Assembly (NCBI GenBank): GCA_010909165.1
Contig: MU008219.1
Coordinates: 124,001-188,000 of the forward strand
Length of the DNA: 64,000 nt
Reading direction: 5' to 3'
Source: Anthoceros angustus
Lineage: Eukaryota > Plantae > Anthocerotophyta
The notes under the pieces were generated by a model that saw only the letters and a program-made list of their open reading frames with translations, did not search any database and was not told the DNA's origin. Positions 35,690-48,460 of the stretch are shown here, one piece after another. A program made the translations under genes and the position numbers. Each line of letters starts with the position of its first letter. Position 1 is the first letter of the stretch.

Positions 35690-37148
35690 CTAGTTCCTTA
35701 GAATGTGCTCGGACAGGCCCATCAGAGCATCAATGCTGTCGTCCGAGAATTTCCTGGCAAACACATGAACGCCACCCCTATTGTACTGCAGAAATGTGAT
35801 GAGCTCCCAGCACACCTCTTCCTTTGTGTAGGTTTTAGGATGGGACCCTTCAGCTTGCTGCCAATTTACAGACGTCAGAGTAAAGGGTTTTGTGCCGTTC
35901 GGATCCTCTATGGCAAGGACTGTAGGGAAGTAGTGCTCCTCGGGGTAGCAGGAGTAAGGATCATAACAGGGAAGATTGAATTTCGGCCAATATTTGTTGT
36001 CTCGCACAAACAAAAGTGCGTGCCTCCGTACCAGAACCACGAACTGTGACCCTACTCTGAACTGAGAAAAATCCACCTCTGGAAGCATGGCATATTCGCC
36101 CCTTACCGTGTACCTGCAACACTGCGAGTTCTCAGAATCATGCATATTCCATACAATTATGTGCAGAGGAAGAGGTTGAACACATCCTACATCCCTTGGA
36201 AGCTCCGTTTGCAGGAGATTCCAAATGGAGAAATCTGCAGAGACAAAACATCCAGGTGGGGTGGGACCTATGTGTGGCTAAAATATAGTACCTGCTCCAG
36301 AGATGTACAGATTCGCTGATCTGCTCCACGAAGCTCTTGTTGGATGAGGTCAGCAGGTTGTAAACATGCTGGAATCCTCGAATAGGAATGCAATGCTCGG
36401 ACAGGAGAGCAAAATATTCGTTCATAGGATCATCAAGCAGCGCATTGGCTAACAGACGGCGAGTGGCCGCAATCAGAAGAGCCGTTGCTCGCTGCGTGGT
36501 GTCGCTAGGGATGAAGCGGCCCTCGAAGTGATCATGATCCGCTTTCCTGCCCAACACATTCACCCCAGGGAAAGGCCAGGCGTGCACGTATACATTGAAC
36601 AAATGCTCATTTCCCGCAAAGAATGCGTCCCATAGCCGGGCAAATGGGAGCGATCCCTGCGTCAAAAACATGAAGGCAATCTTCGGCCTGATCCGCAGGG
36701 AGTGATCTCTCACCACACCTGAAAATTTCCCTTTCTGAAGCTGCTGCTTACAGTACTCCCTGTGCGCAGATCGGAGGTAATGCTCCACATACTGCCCACC
36801 AAAACCCGGTTTGCTGGAACCAGCGATCTCATCCGCCGTAGTTGGGTTCTCCAACATCATCCGGTACGTGACTGCAGTGTTTCCAGCTCGCTTCAGCAAC
36901 TCCTCATCTGGCCAATTGTGAAGCAATGTAGCTCCCCGCTCCTCCAGAACCAGATCCACAAAGCAATTCCTGTGAAAACGGAAATTCCGGATCTGGGTTG
37001 TGTCCGTCCTGATCAGCCAGCCGGTTCCATAAGGGGCCAGCACTTGCATCACCATGAACACGGAAAGCAACAGAGCCGGGCTGCAGACAAGGAATCCTCG
37101 CAAAGAGGAGCTGATAGCCTGTGCACGTGCCAGATCCGAACTCGCCAT
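35690..37148 (-). CDS. Core-2/I-branching (GT14-like/DUF266, BC10-like) glycosyltransferase; exons 37148-36292 and 36113-35690
   Basis: N-terminal TM segment, then PKIAFMFLTQGSLPFARLWDAFF, VYVHA, LIAATRRLLANALLDDP.NEYFALLSEHCIP, FRVGSQFVVLVRRHA, CYPEEHYFPT, TLTSVNW...HPKTY and FARKFS. Confidence 0.93.
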
Positions 37149-37999
37149 GGAAAAGTTCACAGTCGAGATCGCCCTCCTTGAATGAACATCCTCCTACGCC
37201 GTGACCTCTCGCAGGCAGGCAACATGCCAGTATGGCTGCCATCGTTGGAGCTCGATGGGCGCGTTTTCCACAGATATCACCGCAGGAAAGCACGGGGTGC
37301 GCACGACCTTCGCCCGTTCCGAGAATCTCTCACAAAGCCCATGTTACTGGCGAATCGCCCGCAAAAGCTCGTGTCCTCGGGCCCGCAAGAGTATGAGATC
37401 CATGCGGCCTTCTAAACCGGAGATGGACTGTGCATACCGAACTCTGGGCACAACCGCTTTTCTGTGCTGGATAGATAGAGTTTCACGCTTTCGATCTCAC
37501 TCGAGGGAAACTAGCGGCGAGCCCTGAGATGACATCACAGTTTAGTGCTTTGTGGAAGACTTTCTGGCCGGAAGGTGGGGAAACCAGATCTACCTGAAAC
37601 CCATCACACCTTGGTTAAAAACAGCCTCCATACTTGGCCATTTGTTGCCTCTTTGAAAGCCAATAGCTCAGAGAACATGTGCCAAAATCAATATCGGCTC
37701 GTCTCACCAGCCTGATCTTCACCTTCATCAACCTCCTCCTGTTCCTTTCCTTCCCTTGTTATGCATGTTCAAGCTACACTACAAGCATGCCCGTCGATTC
37801 AAGCTTGTGCCCATGAAAATGGGTAATGTACATTGTATGCTATCGCAGACTGCCTTCAGTAAAATCAGTAGTGGATGCTGAGCCAACCAAGGTAACCAGT
37901 ACGGCATGTGCCCTCTGCTATCGTCTTCAGTACTATGTTCTGAATGCTGTCAGCCTCCTGATTCATGTTCAGATGCCGAAGAATCATGACTGAACTTAG

Positions 38000-39685
38000 G
38001 AGCAGGGCTGGTGGATTTGCCTTGTTCCGGACCACAAGCTTGTAAGAATTAGTTGACCACACAGTCAAACCATCTTGTCTGAAGCTGCAGGGGAGTACTG
38101 GCCTCTCCAGCAATGTCAGAAGCTGTGCCGGGGACAGCTTGCGTTGCAGCATAGAGGAGTAGTTAAATGGCAAGATAGGCAAGATAGGGCAGGGTACGTA
38201 AGGTAGACTAGGAAATCAATGCTCTGGTGACTGAGGCAGAAACGCTTGCCTGAGAGTCAACCCAAGGCGTCCGATTAGACCAAGCACACAAGGCCCTAGA
38301 AGTGTCACCATGAAGATTAGGCATGACTAGAACATCAAACAAAGAAGGATTCATCCCAAGCTGCAGAAGGAAAGGAAGCTGCACAAGTTACAACTCTTTT
38401 GCCCCAAGGAAATAGCCTGACACGTTTCACTTTTTCCCCTCAAGTTTGTAACTGTGGCGAGTTCTGCTTACCCGACTCCATTTTGTTACGTGGCATGCTG
38501 CAGCAATTTGCTTTCATCAACCTACATGAAACATAACATACATACGTCAGTGGCAAGCCCAGTGCGTACTTCTCACAATGTATGTATGTGGCCATCACAC
38601 ATCGAAGCCTCTGTATAAGTTTGAAAATTCCTGCTCTGAGAGGGTTTCTCATCAGCTGGTGAGACCCTCAGAATGGCTTTGGTGTTGGCCTCAGACCCGA
38701 ACAATAAAGTCATCTTCAGTATGAACTACATGAATGTATGAACTTGGCCCTGGGGGACAGACTGAGCTAAAAGCCTTTACCATGGCCGTGCTCTTCTCCT
38801 GTCCATCCCATTTCTGTACTCTGCTGTGGTACTATAAATCAACTGCATGTTGGGTGTCCATCGCCATGAACTCATCACTGAGGTCCTCGCCACCTCAGTA
38901 GCTCAAGGTCCCAGATGCAGGAGCTGCAACCAAGAAAAAAGAAGGCAACGGCAGGTCTCCACCCTATCGGAGCTCACATGTTCGAAGCAGAAAGCTGCAA
39001 CCGATGTACTGAAGTCATCACTATAATCCTTAATACTCGCTAGTTCCTTAGGATGTACTCGGTCAGACCCATCACAACATCAATGCTGCCGTCCGACACA
39101 TAGACGCCACCCTTTGTAGTACTGCAGAAATGTGAAGAGCTCCCAGCACACGTCCTCCTTTGTGTAGGTTTTAAGATGGGACTCCCAATTCACCGATGTC
39201 AGAGTAAAGGGATATGTGCCGTTCGGATCCTCTATGGCAAGGACAGTAGGGAAGTAGTGCTCCTCGGGGAAGCAGGTGTTATTATCAAAACAGGGAAGAT
39301 TGAATTTCGGCCCCTCGCCTTGTACCTGCAACACTGCCAATTCTCAGAATCAACCATATTCCATAAGAGTTGGTGTGGAGGAGGGTGAAAACATCCAATA
39401 TCCCTTGGAAGCTCCGTTTGCTCCTAGTCTATTCCAAATGGAAAAATCTGCAGAGACAAGCATCCAGATGGGGTGGGACCTATCTCTGGCTATAGAGGGT
39501 ACCTGCTGCAGAGAAGTTCAGAGTCGGTGTCCTCGCACTAAGCTCTTGCTGCAGAGAAGTTCAGAGTCGGTGCCCTCGCACTAAGCTCTTGCTGCATAGA
39601 AGTTCAGAGTCGGTGCCCTTGCACTAAGCTCTTCCTGCAGAGAAGTTCACAGTCGGTGCCCTTTCACTAAGCTCGGATGAAGTCA
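38000..39685 (-). pseudogene. GT14-like pseudogene, array unit 3: 3' flank, last exon (internally deleted), intron and exon end
   Basis: Paralogous to 34700-36350 (PKFNLPCFDNNTCFPEEHYFPTVLAIEDPNG), with deletions and frameshifts. Confidence 0.85.
39505..39674. repeat. Four copies of a 43-bp tandem repeat derived from the GT exon end
   Basis: GCTGCAGAGAAGTTCAGAGTCGGTGCCCTCGCACTAAGCTCTT at 39505, 39548, 39591 and 39634; corresponds to 36294-36338. Confidence 0.9.
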
Positions 39686-42300
39686 TTCATAAAATACGCA
39701 GCAGAGAAGATAAAAAAAACTAAGACTTTACGTTCCGACAATGGACAATGGTGGCAAGTTTACATCACATACATTTGCTATTTTTGACGAGTTCAAGGCA
39801 TAGCTTAACAACTCATTCTAAACACTCCTAAATAGTTCAGCACAAAATAAGAATCTATGCGTGCAAGATATTATTGATAGTTTATTATCAAAAATTCAGT
39901 GAGTAGAAGTTATTTTTATAGTCATCATCAATCGACTGTTCAAGATATGACTTCATATGAAGTATTTACCGGTAAAAAAGACTGTTCAAGGTATGACTTC
40001 ATATGAAGTATTTACCGGTAAAAAGCCTTCTATCGATCATCTTCAAATTTTTGGATGTCTTGCTTACATGTTTATTCCTAAAACACAACATAAGAAGTCA
40101 GATCCCAAGGCTACCAAATAAAATTTTATTGGCTATACAGAAGGAATCAAAGGTAATAAATTATTTGACCCTTCTACCAAGAAGCTTATATATGCACGAA
40201 GTGTAACTTTCCATGAATCTCACCTATTTTGTCTTTCAGTGGGAACTGTAGACTCCGACACTCAAAATACTTCTCCTCCCGAGGATTCTGATTATCCATC
40301 TTTTGATGATAGTGATTATATTACTCATTTTCCTGTTCCTGCTTCATGAGTTTCTTTGGCTGGACCTATTGTGTAGGAGGAGGAGGAGTTAGCACTTATT
40401 CCACGACCCGATACACTCCCATCACACACACATGAACCTCAACACCTTGAGGACATCCCTGATAACCCTGAAGAGTTGCATAATATTGATCTTGGGTATG
40501 CCGTCGAGTCTGGTGATCTTGATCCTGAATATGACGTTGAGCCTGAATCTCCCATTCATGACTCAGTTCCTGTGGAGGACGTAGAAGATGCTCGACCTGC
40601 ACCAAGGTACAACCTGCGACCTTGACCTTCTGTTTCAGGACCTGCAGGATGGAAGCCTTGCTGCTCTTCATGATCATGTGTCCATTATATTGCCTCTTGA
40701 GACGTATACAAAGCCGCAGCTAATCCTGAAGAACCTCTTACCTTAAAACAAGCTTTCTCATCATCTAAAAAGGACTTGTAGAAGGTAGATGTAGATTCTG
40801 AGTATAACTCCTTCGTTAAAAACTCAACATGGGAATTAATGAGGCCACATAAGGGGAGAAAGATCGTAACTAGCAAGTAGGTATTCAAAATAGAAAGAAA
40901 GAAAGATAGCTCCCTTGAGCACTATCTAGTGGCAAGAGGGTTCACACAAATTCCACGTTTAGATTATTTACCCTATGCCAAGTTTGCCTCCCTTAGAATG
41001 GTCTTTGCCTTAACCACTCAACAACACCTCCATCTTCATACGATGGATGTGAAGACAGTCTACTTGTATAGACATCTTCCAGAGGAAATCTACATGAGAT
41101 AACTAGAGGGTTATGAAGTTAAGGGTTTGAAGAAGATTGGGTATGCAAACTCATTAAATGCATCCACGGCTTGAAGCAATCAGGCAAAGAATGGAATGTA
41201 ACTATACATATCCAGCTAGTAAAGCGAGGCTGCAGATGAAATAAGGCAAATGCTACCATGTACATTTTGATATCAAGAAATGATATACTTTACCTTTTAC
41301 TTTATGTTGATGATCTATTCATCGCTTCATCATCAGCATCTTTCCTAGCTGAAATCAAGGCTTGGTTAAGAGGGCATTTTGAAATGACTGATCTAGGTGA
41401 GATCACATATGCATATTATTCAAATTACATAAAATAAAAAAACTTTAACTATAGTTCAAACCAAGTATATTAAGGAAAGCTTAGTCAAATTTGAACTTGA
41501 GAATGCAAAGCCTATCCCTACTCCTTTTGCTAGTGGCAAACGACTTACCTCAAGTATGAGTCCAAAGACAGATGCGGATAAATTGGAGATTTCAGCAATT
41601 CTGTATAGACATGCAGTCGGCACTCTTATATTATTTAAGCAACTTCACGAGACCAAATATATCTTTTGAAGTCAACTCTTGTTCACAATTCTTGGAAAAT
41701 CATGGTTGTGAACATTGGATGTCAATTAAGCGCTGCATATTTAAATACCTTGAGGGTACTATGCACACTTGATGTACAGACACACACCTGACATTAACAA
41801 GCTAATATTAACAGCTTAGGCCGATGCCGGCTATGTTGGCGACCCTGACACATGAAAATCCGTATTAGGTCCTAGGCAAGGTTTCTATTTCCTGGTCGAG
41901 TAAGAAGCAACCGACCAATTCCTTTGCCCTATCTAGAGTACTAACCTTAGTCGCCAAAGACATTGTCTGGAGTAGGTTATCCTTAGATGAGCTTAATCAT
42001 CCGCAAAATAATCCTACACTTTTATTGAGTGATAGTCAGGGAGCTGTAGCATTAGCCAGAAACCTTTTTTTCACTCTAAAACTAAGCATATAGCAGTTAA
42101 GTATCTTTACACATGAGAGTTACTAGAAAATAAGACTAGAGACATTAGTTATCTACAAAATCAGGAGAATCTAGCTGATTTATTAACAAAATCTCTTGGT
42201 CGGGACTTGCATACTAAGTACATGAAAGTCCTAGGTATACTAGACATTAAGTCTAAAGTCCTTAAGTTAGTATACTAACATTAGTAGTTTATGGGTAGAC
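39686..42300 (+). mobile_element. Decayed Ty1/Copia retrotransposon (integrase remnant, RT, RNase H)
   Basis: Broken frames contain TLRSDNG, GCLAYMFIP..FIGY, LVARGFTQ, MDVKTVYL, LLLYVDDL, FEMTDLG and TKHIAVKY..LADLLTKSL in integrase-RT-RNaseH order. The probable LTR end ...ACACTCTCA is at about 46353. Confidence 0.9.
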
Positions 42301-43801
42301 TCAAGTTAATTTCATTATTTGAGCCCAAAACTTTGTCTATGTAGTCTAGATACTCCTCATAATATGCCATATCCTCCATATTGAGTGCCCATGCATATCT
42401 TAATTAAATAAAATAGACCATCATTTAGAAATAATATTTAAAATAATCAATATAATTAATTATTAAATACTGGTTTGGCCTATTTGTGGGACTTAGGGCA
42501 CTCACGAAACATATGTTTGGTATGTCCTTGATACTCTTTATATGGCTCACGGTCTATTTCCACCATGTGGATTCTGGTTTTCTAACATATGTAGTATTCC
42601 GGGACATCGGAATCTCCCTTTTCGCCTGGGCATATCAAGTAGGCTACGTTCGTCAAATCACCTGCAGGCAAGTATTGTTCAGGAATTCCATATCCCACCT
42701 TTGTGGGAGCCATCCAGAAAAACATGCGCGCAGGGCTCATCGTGTGTTGCCTGTTCGTATGCCGCAATGCCGAGCGCGCAACTACCGCCACACTCCCCAC
42801 ATGTCCTTCCGCATGTAATGGAAAAAGGCTTGAACATTGGAAGTTATTAAGCATATGAAGTCTACAACGGCACACGGAGAACAGCCACAACCAAAATCCT
42901 ATCATGGGCCTAGACTCTTTTCAGAAATATGTACTGCGCTTGGAAATGTGCACTCCAAACTATAGGAATTGAGCTTCACGCATAACCTTACCAATTGCCC
43001 GTCAAAGATGACCTAACATTCAGAGGGTTTCCTACTCTTTGCCAGACTCCACGCCATCATCTTTGTTGGGCACGGCATCATAACCATCATCTTCACTGTC
43101 CTCGGTGGCACTTTGACTCGCTGGTTGAATAAAGCCTCGCAATTCAATAAATTTATCCTTGATTGCCTTCTTATCCACAACGTACAAATGTTTCCGCCGT
43201 CAAGTTGAACTCATAATAGAGGATGACCGTTAAGTGAACAAAAACCTCTACTTACACGACAGTCCATTTATACGGCAGTCTCAAAGTAATGCTATGCTTC
43301 ACGCTTTTTGTAGTGAACATGCCATATATTATTCGAGAACGGTCGCATATAGTACAAGATTTAATGAATGAATGAAAATAGGTCCATAAGTGTTTTGGAA
43401 AATGTGTGCAACCATGGCATGAGAGGAGTTTCAATATACACATCCATAAAGAGAACGCCGACCGGCGCCTTCCCTAACAAGCCTTGTACATGGGCGCCGG
43501 CGCCTTCCCAACAAGCTTGCCCATGGCCGGCCCCGCCCATGCATGTTTCCGGTTGCCATTGATAAAATAAATAATTAGTGCTTCCAATATCTTGTAACTT
43601 GGGATACTTACTCAAGTGGTTTGGAAATAACTTCCAATTGGTTATAACGGTCACGAGTTCGAATCCTTTAGAGCCTTGAAAGGCTAACTTTGCCAATTTT
43701 ATTGGCGCATGGGCCCGGCCATTTAAGGGCGCTAGCATGCCCCTCTATTGAGGCTGACTTGAGGTGTGCAAGATATATTCCACAACGGATCCATGGGTAT
43801 G

Positions 43802-45730
43802 AGGTTTTGCCAGATTCTGACGAAGATTTGGCCAGATGCTGACCAAGAATTGACATTCGAGGCCCACCGCAGAGGACTTGCGCAATTCTGGGCAAAGGAG
43901 GTGTGTATCAACGAGAAGGACTCTTTGAAAGCTCAGGTGGTTTCTTTGAATGCTCGTCGGCTGAAGACCAAAACTGGGGAGGACAGAACGAAGACTCAAG
44001 GGCTTTGGGCGAGAACGATAGCTTCGATGAACGGGAACTGGAGTGGATTCGAAATTTGGTCATCGTGATGGATTCGGAGTCCGCTCTAGCACCCGATGAG
44101 TCACAAGTTAGCCATAGAGAGTAGGTTTACGGTTTTGTAGGCACTTAGATGTGCTTCTTCTCTGTGTTTGTATTAACTTTTGGACTCGTTGCAGTGAGAC
44201 AATTGATGATTTCATTTTCCCCACTTCCTCAAAAACGAAGCGAAGGCACCGGCCGGCCGGCGCCTTCGTTTGGATTTGTTGTCTTTATGTGTTGGAAACG
44301 GGTTTTCATGATAACTACTCGTTGGAAAACGGTCGACCTTTCTTGAAAACAAGGCAAACGCATATTTCGGACCGTGGAATGTGCTAAGAGGGTTTCCATG
44401 TCACAGAAGGGGGTTCGGATATTCACCCCCTTCGAAAGATATCGTGTTTCTCTCATTGATTGACGTGGAGCGGTGCAAGCCCATGACCACTTCTTATGCA
44501 GGACGCCTCCTCCCGTGCTCAACTATGGATGCAAATGTGTGCAAGCTCCTGGTGGCTCCTGACGCAGACGACATGGACATCTCTCCCTCTTAATCGCGAC
44601 TATGCGGAGCTTCCTGAGGCGCCGGTTGATCTCCATCTTGGGCAAACGACATCGCTGCATGGACTACAGGCATCCTAGGCACTGATGTAGCCTCGACCTC
44701 CAAGGCTACAGCAATGGCAGCCGCGGCGGCAGCGGACATGCACGTGGTCGCCTATGCACTCCAAAGACATGGACATGGCATTAGTAGGTTTTGCCAGATT
44801 CGACGAAGATTTGGCGATGTCGACCAAGAATTGACATTCGAGGCCCACCGCAGAGGACTTGCGCACTGGGCAAAGGAGGTGTGTATCAACGAGAAGGACT
44901 CTTTGAAAGCGCAGTGGTTTCTTTGAATGCTCGTCAGAAGACCAAAACCGGGAGGAGAACTAAGACTCAAGGGCTTTGGGCGAACGATAGCTTTGATGAA
45001 CGGAACGGAGTGGATTCAAATTTGGTCATCGTGATGGATTCGAGTCCGCTCTAGCACCGATGAGTCATGTTAGCCATAGAGAGTAGGTTTACGGTTTGTA
45101 GGCACTTAGATGTGCTTCTTCTCTGTGTTTGTATTAACTTTTGGACTCGTTGCCGTGAGACAATTGATGATTTCATTTTCCCCACTTCCTCAGGCGAAGG
45201 CACCGCGCCGCGCCTTCGCTTGGATTTGTTGTCTTTATGTGTTGGAAACGGGTTTTCATGATAACTACTCGTTGGAAAACGGTCGACCTTTCTTGAAAAC
45301 AAGGCAAACGCATATTTCGGGACTGTGTGGAATGTGCTAAGAGGGTTTCCATGTCACAGAAGGGGGTTCGGATATTCACCCCCTTCGAAAGATATCGTGT
45401 TTCTCTCATTGATTGACGTGGAGCGGTGCAAGCCCATGACCACTTCTTATGTGACGCCTCCCGTGCTCAACTATGGATGCAAATGTGCAAGCTCGGTGGC
45501 TCTCAGCACGACATGGACATCTCTCCCTCTTAATCGCGACTATGCGGAGCTTCCTGAGGCGCCGGTTGATCTCCATCTTGGGCAAACGACATCGCTGCAT
45601 GGACTACAGGCATCCTAGGCACTGATGTAGCCTCGACCTCCAAGGCTACAGCAATGGCAGCCGCGGCGGCAGCGGACACAGGCACGTGGTCAGTCTATGC
45701 ACTCCAGCACATGGACATGGCATTAGTAGG
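43802..45730. repeat. Tandem duplication of about 0.95-1 kb (43802-44785 / 44786-45730) inside an unclassified repeat element
   Basis: Near-identical copies; the second carries many small deletions. AGG(T/C)TTTGC sits at the boundaries. Confidence 0.9.
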
Positions 45731-46353
45731 CTTTGCAAGCGCAAATTCTCCTGGTTGTTCTATTTTGCATATTTGAGGAGGAGATAGAGGCGGACGCTGG
45801 CATCGCGGCTCTTCTCCAACTCACGGCAGTTGTGAAGAAGCACCCACGGCCATCTGTCACCTACATGCCTGCATGATGGACATGGCATGCGGGCGATCTT
45901 GCTCTCTGGTTTTGGTGCATGGAAGATCTTCTGACAGCCATGACTTTGCCCATGGTAGCTCTCGCCATGGCTAAAAAGAGGTGTGTGGATGGCGATGTGT
46001 GCCGGTATATGTTATATACTTCGGATTTCGAATAAGCTGGGGATTTCCTATTTTTGGGATTCCCCCATTTATCCTCTTTTTAATTTTTTTTCTATTTAGT
46101 TTAGTCAGCTTAAACGACTTAAGTGAGACGTTTTTCTGAGGTGCTTAACTTGCCACCCTGTGGGCAATCTTAAGTGACCTTAGGCTCTTTTGCTAGTATT
46201 TAGTAGTATTCGCTAGTATTTATAAATCTCTAGAACTAAATCCTATTTAATTCTTAAGGTATTATATAACTATTATATTAGTTAATTGGTCATATTGGTT
46301 ATAACAACTTATAACCATCTATATTCTATAAACACTTGGTGAGAACACTCTCA

Positions 46354-47020
46354 CCAAGTTGTAATCATGGTGGAATCCTCGAATGGGAATGCCATGGTCG
46401 AAGAGAGCACAAAATATTTGTTCACAGGATCATCGAGCAGCTGCGTTTGCTAGCAGACGGCGAGTGGCCGCAATCAGCAGAGCCGTTGCGCGCTTCATGA
46501 TGTCGCTAGGGATGAATCGGCCCATGAAGTGATCATGATCCGGTTTCCTACCCAACATTCACCTCAGGGAAAGGCTAGGCGTGCACATAAACATTGAACA
46601 AACTCGCTGCCAGCAAAGAATGCATCCCAGAGCCAAGCAAAACGATAGCGATCCTGGCGTCAAGAACATGAAGGAACTTTAGCCTCGTGGTGATCTCAAC
46701 TTTAGCGTTGAGATCACCACGAGGCTAAAGTTGACGTGAATTTTGTGCCAGATAAAGCCTGTCTAGATCTTTCGGGTGAAAGAAATCATCAGCACACCTA
46801 TTTGGGTCCCTTATTTCCTGGTCCCTCTTGTTAGGACACCTTCAGTCCCGAAGAGATTTATGGATACCCATTCCTTGTCAGGCTCACAGGATTTCCCAAC
46901 TCTGTTATAAGCAGATTGCAAGTAATGCTCCACATACTGCCCACCAAAACGCGGTTTACCGGAACTATTGGCGATCTCATCACCCGGAGTTGGGTTCTCA
47001 AGTAGCATCCGGTACGTGTC
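46354..47020 (-). pseudogene. GT14-like pseudogene, array unit 3: 5' coding part, separated from its 3' part by about 6.7 kb of insertions
   Basis: 46354-46674 matches 36354-36675, and 46910-47020 matches 36765-36870 (TYRMLLENPTPGDEIA..KPRFGGQYVEHYL). Confidence 0.85.
46675..46732. repeat. Perfect 26-bp inverted repeat with a 6-nt loop
   Basis: AACTTTAGCCTCGTGGTGATCTCAAC-tttagc-GTTGAGATCACCACGAGGCTAAAGTT. Confidence 0.95.
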
Positions 47021-47800
47021 TGTGACAAAATACGAGACTGTAGACACTCAGAGAATACGCGAGAGAGCAGAGACTAGAAAGCTAGAGTATTTCATTAAGG
47101 GTGAAGAGTTCGCTTATGTACAAAACTGTTTGTGTTTGTGTATGTGTCGTTTCGTTTGCATGCCTAACTATGACCTAACCAAGCAAGGTTACAAACTAAT
47201 CCAAATACACCCCCTTAACCGCAGCGTGGTTAGAGACTGTAAACTGTAAGCAGCCCCCGTGCTTATGAGAGATGACGCACCGGCCAACTCATGCCAAAGA
47301 GGCTAATAATGAGGTGTATTTCGAGGAGCATAGCTGATTGGAGACAAGGGCAACCTTGGTGATACCCTTATGAGGAATGACAGCTCAAGATCGAAAACCA
47401 AGAGGTCTGTGAGCAAGAGCTGATATTGCAGGTACCAATGTCAACGCCCTTTCTCTCCTTAGTGATGGCCACGGTACCATGGCACCACCCAAGCAGGGGA
47501 GTCAAGCCTTGAATCCATTTCCTTGCAATGAATTGATTGCAACTTGCACAAGCAAGATGCCCCCTTAGAGAATGGAACATAGCAATGTGCAAAAGTGAGG
47601 AGGCACACCTCCTCATAGTCAACAACCATCATTGAGCTGTGTACTTAGATGGAGTTTTGCCCAAAGTTCAGGACTCGAAGGTTAGTGAAGAAGGGAGGTC
47701 CAATGCACTGGAATTAAAACGAACACGGAAACCTTGAAAATTATCCTAGAATTCGCACACTACCTCTGACAACTTCCGAATTCCACCCACCCCTATCAGA
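47021..47800. mobile_element. Possible LTR/retroelement remnant truncating the GT pseudogene
   Basis: GT homology stops abruptly at TGTGACA (47021), an LTR-like TG start. The right boundary is uncertain. Confidence 0.35.
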
Positions 47801-47986
47801 ATACCCAAGTGAGTCGAGGATCGGTCGAGTTTGTTTATTAATTGCTGAAGACCTTTAAAAACCTACTTATATCTAGGTACTTAATTAATAACTCCCCCTT
47901 TTCACACGGACCAATCAACCTCCTCCTTTTTCCTTGTCATGCATCGGTATAATTCAGGACATGACACTAGAAGAAAATGGAAAAAA

Positions 47987-48337
47987 GTTTTATTTAAGTC
48001 CACTATGAACGAATTTCGAAGTTGGTACTTGACAACTTTGTACATGTGTGCTAAGCTACTAGCGCTAAGGGCATCTAATCCCTCTAAGCACCCTATAGTG
48101 TAGGATGCTTAAAAACAACATTGCTATAAATGTGTGTCCATTTGGCCTAAGCTACAAATGTACACACATTTATAAGAACGTGGTTATTAAGCATCCTGCG
48201 CTTGGATCGGTACTTAGATGGGGTGCCTAAAGGGAATGGATGCCTTTGGTGCTGGTAGCTTAGGCATACCATGGTACAAGTTGTTAAGTACCAAGTCTCA
48301 TGACGGAAATCCGTCCTTAGTGGACTGAAATAAAATT
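47987..48337. mobile_element. Foldback/MITE element of about 350 bp with long imperfect inverted arms
   Basis: Arm pairs: TTTTATTTAAGTCCACTA/TAGTGGACTGAAATAAAA, TTGGTACTTGACAACTT/AAGTTGTTAAGTACCAA, CTAAGCTAC/GTAGCTTAG, AGGATGCTTAA/TTAAGCATCCT and TATAAATGTGTGTCCATTTG/CAAATGTACACACATTTATA. Confidence 0.85.
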
Positions 48338-48388
48338 CTTCTTCTTTATTTTGAAGACTTATATTTTATACTTTCAAATACAAGGACA

Positions 48389-48460
48389 GGGCATTTGGTC
48401 TAGTGGTATGATTCTTGCTTAGGGTGCAAGAGGTCGCGAGTTCGATTCTCGCAATGCCCC
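48389..48460 (+). tRNA. tRNA-Pro (anticodon AGG)
   Basis: 72-nt cloverleaf: acceptor GGGCATT/AATGCCC, D arm TGGTCTAGTGGTATGATT, anticodon stem CTTGC-TTAGGGT-GCAAG and T arm GCGAG-TTCGATT-CTCGC. Confidence 0.95.
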
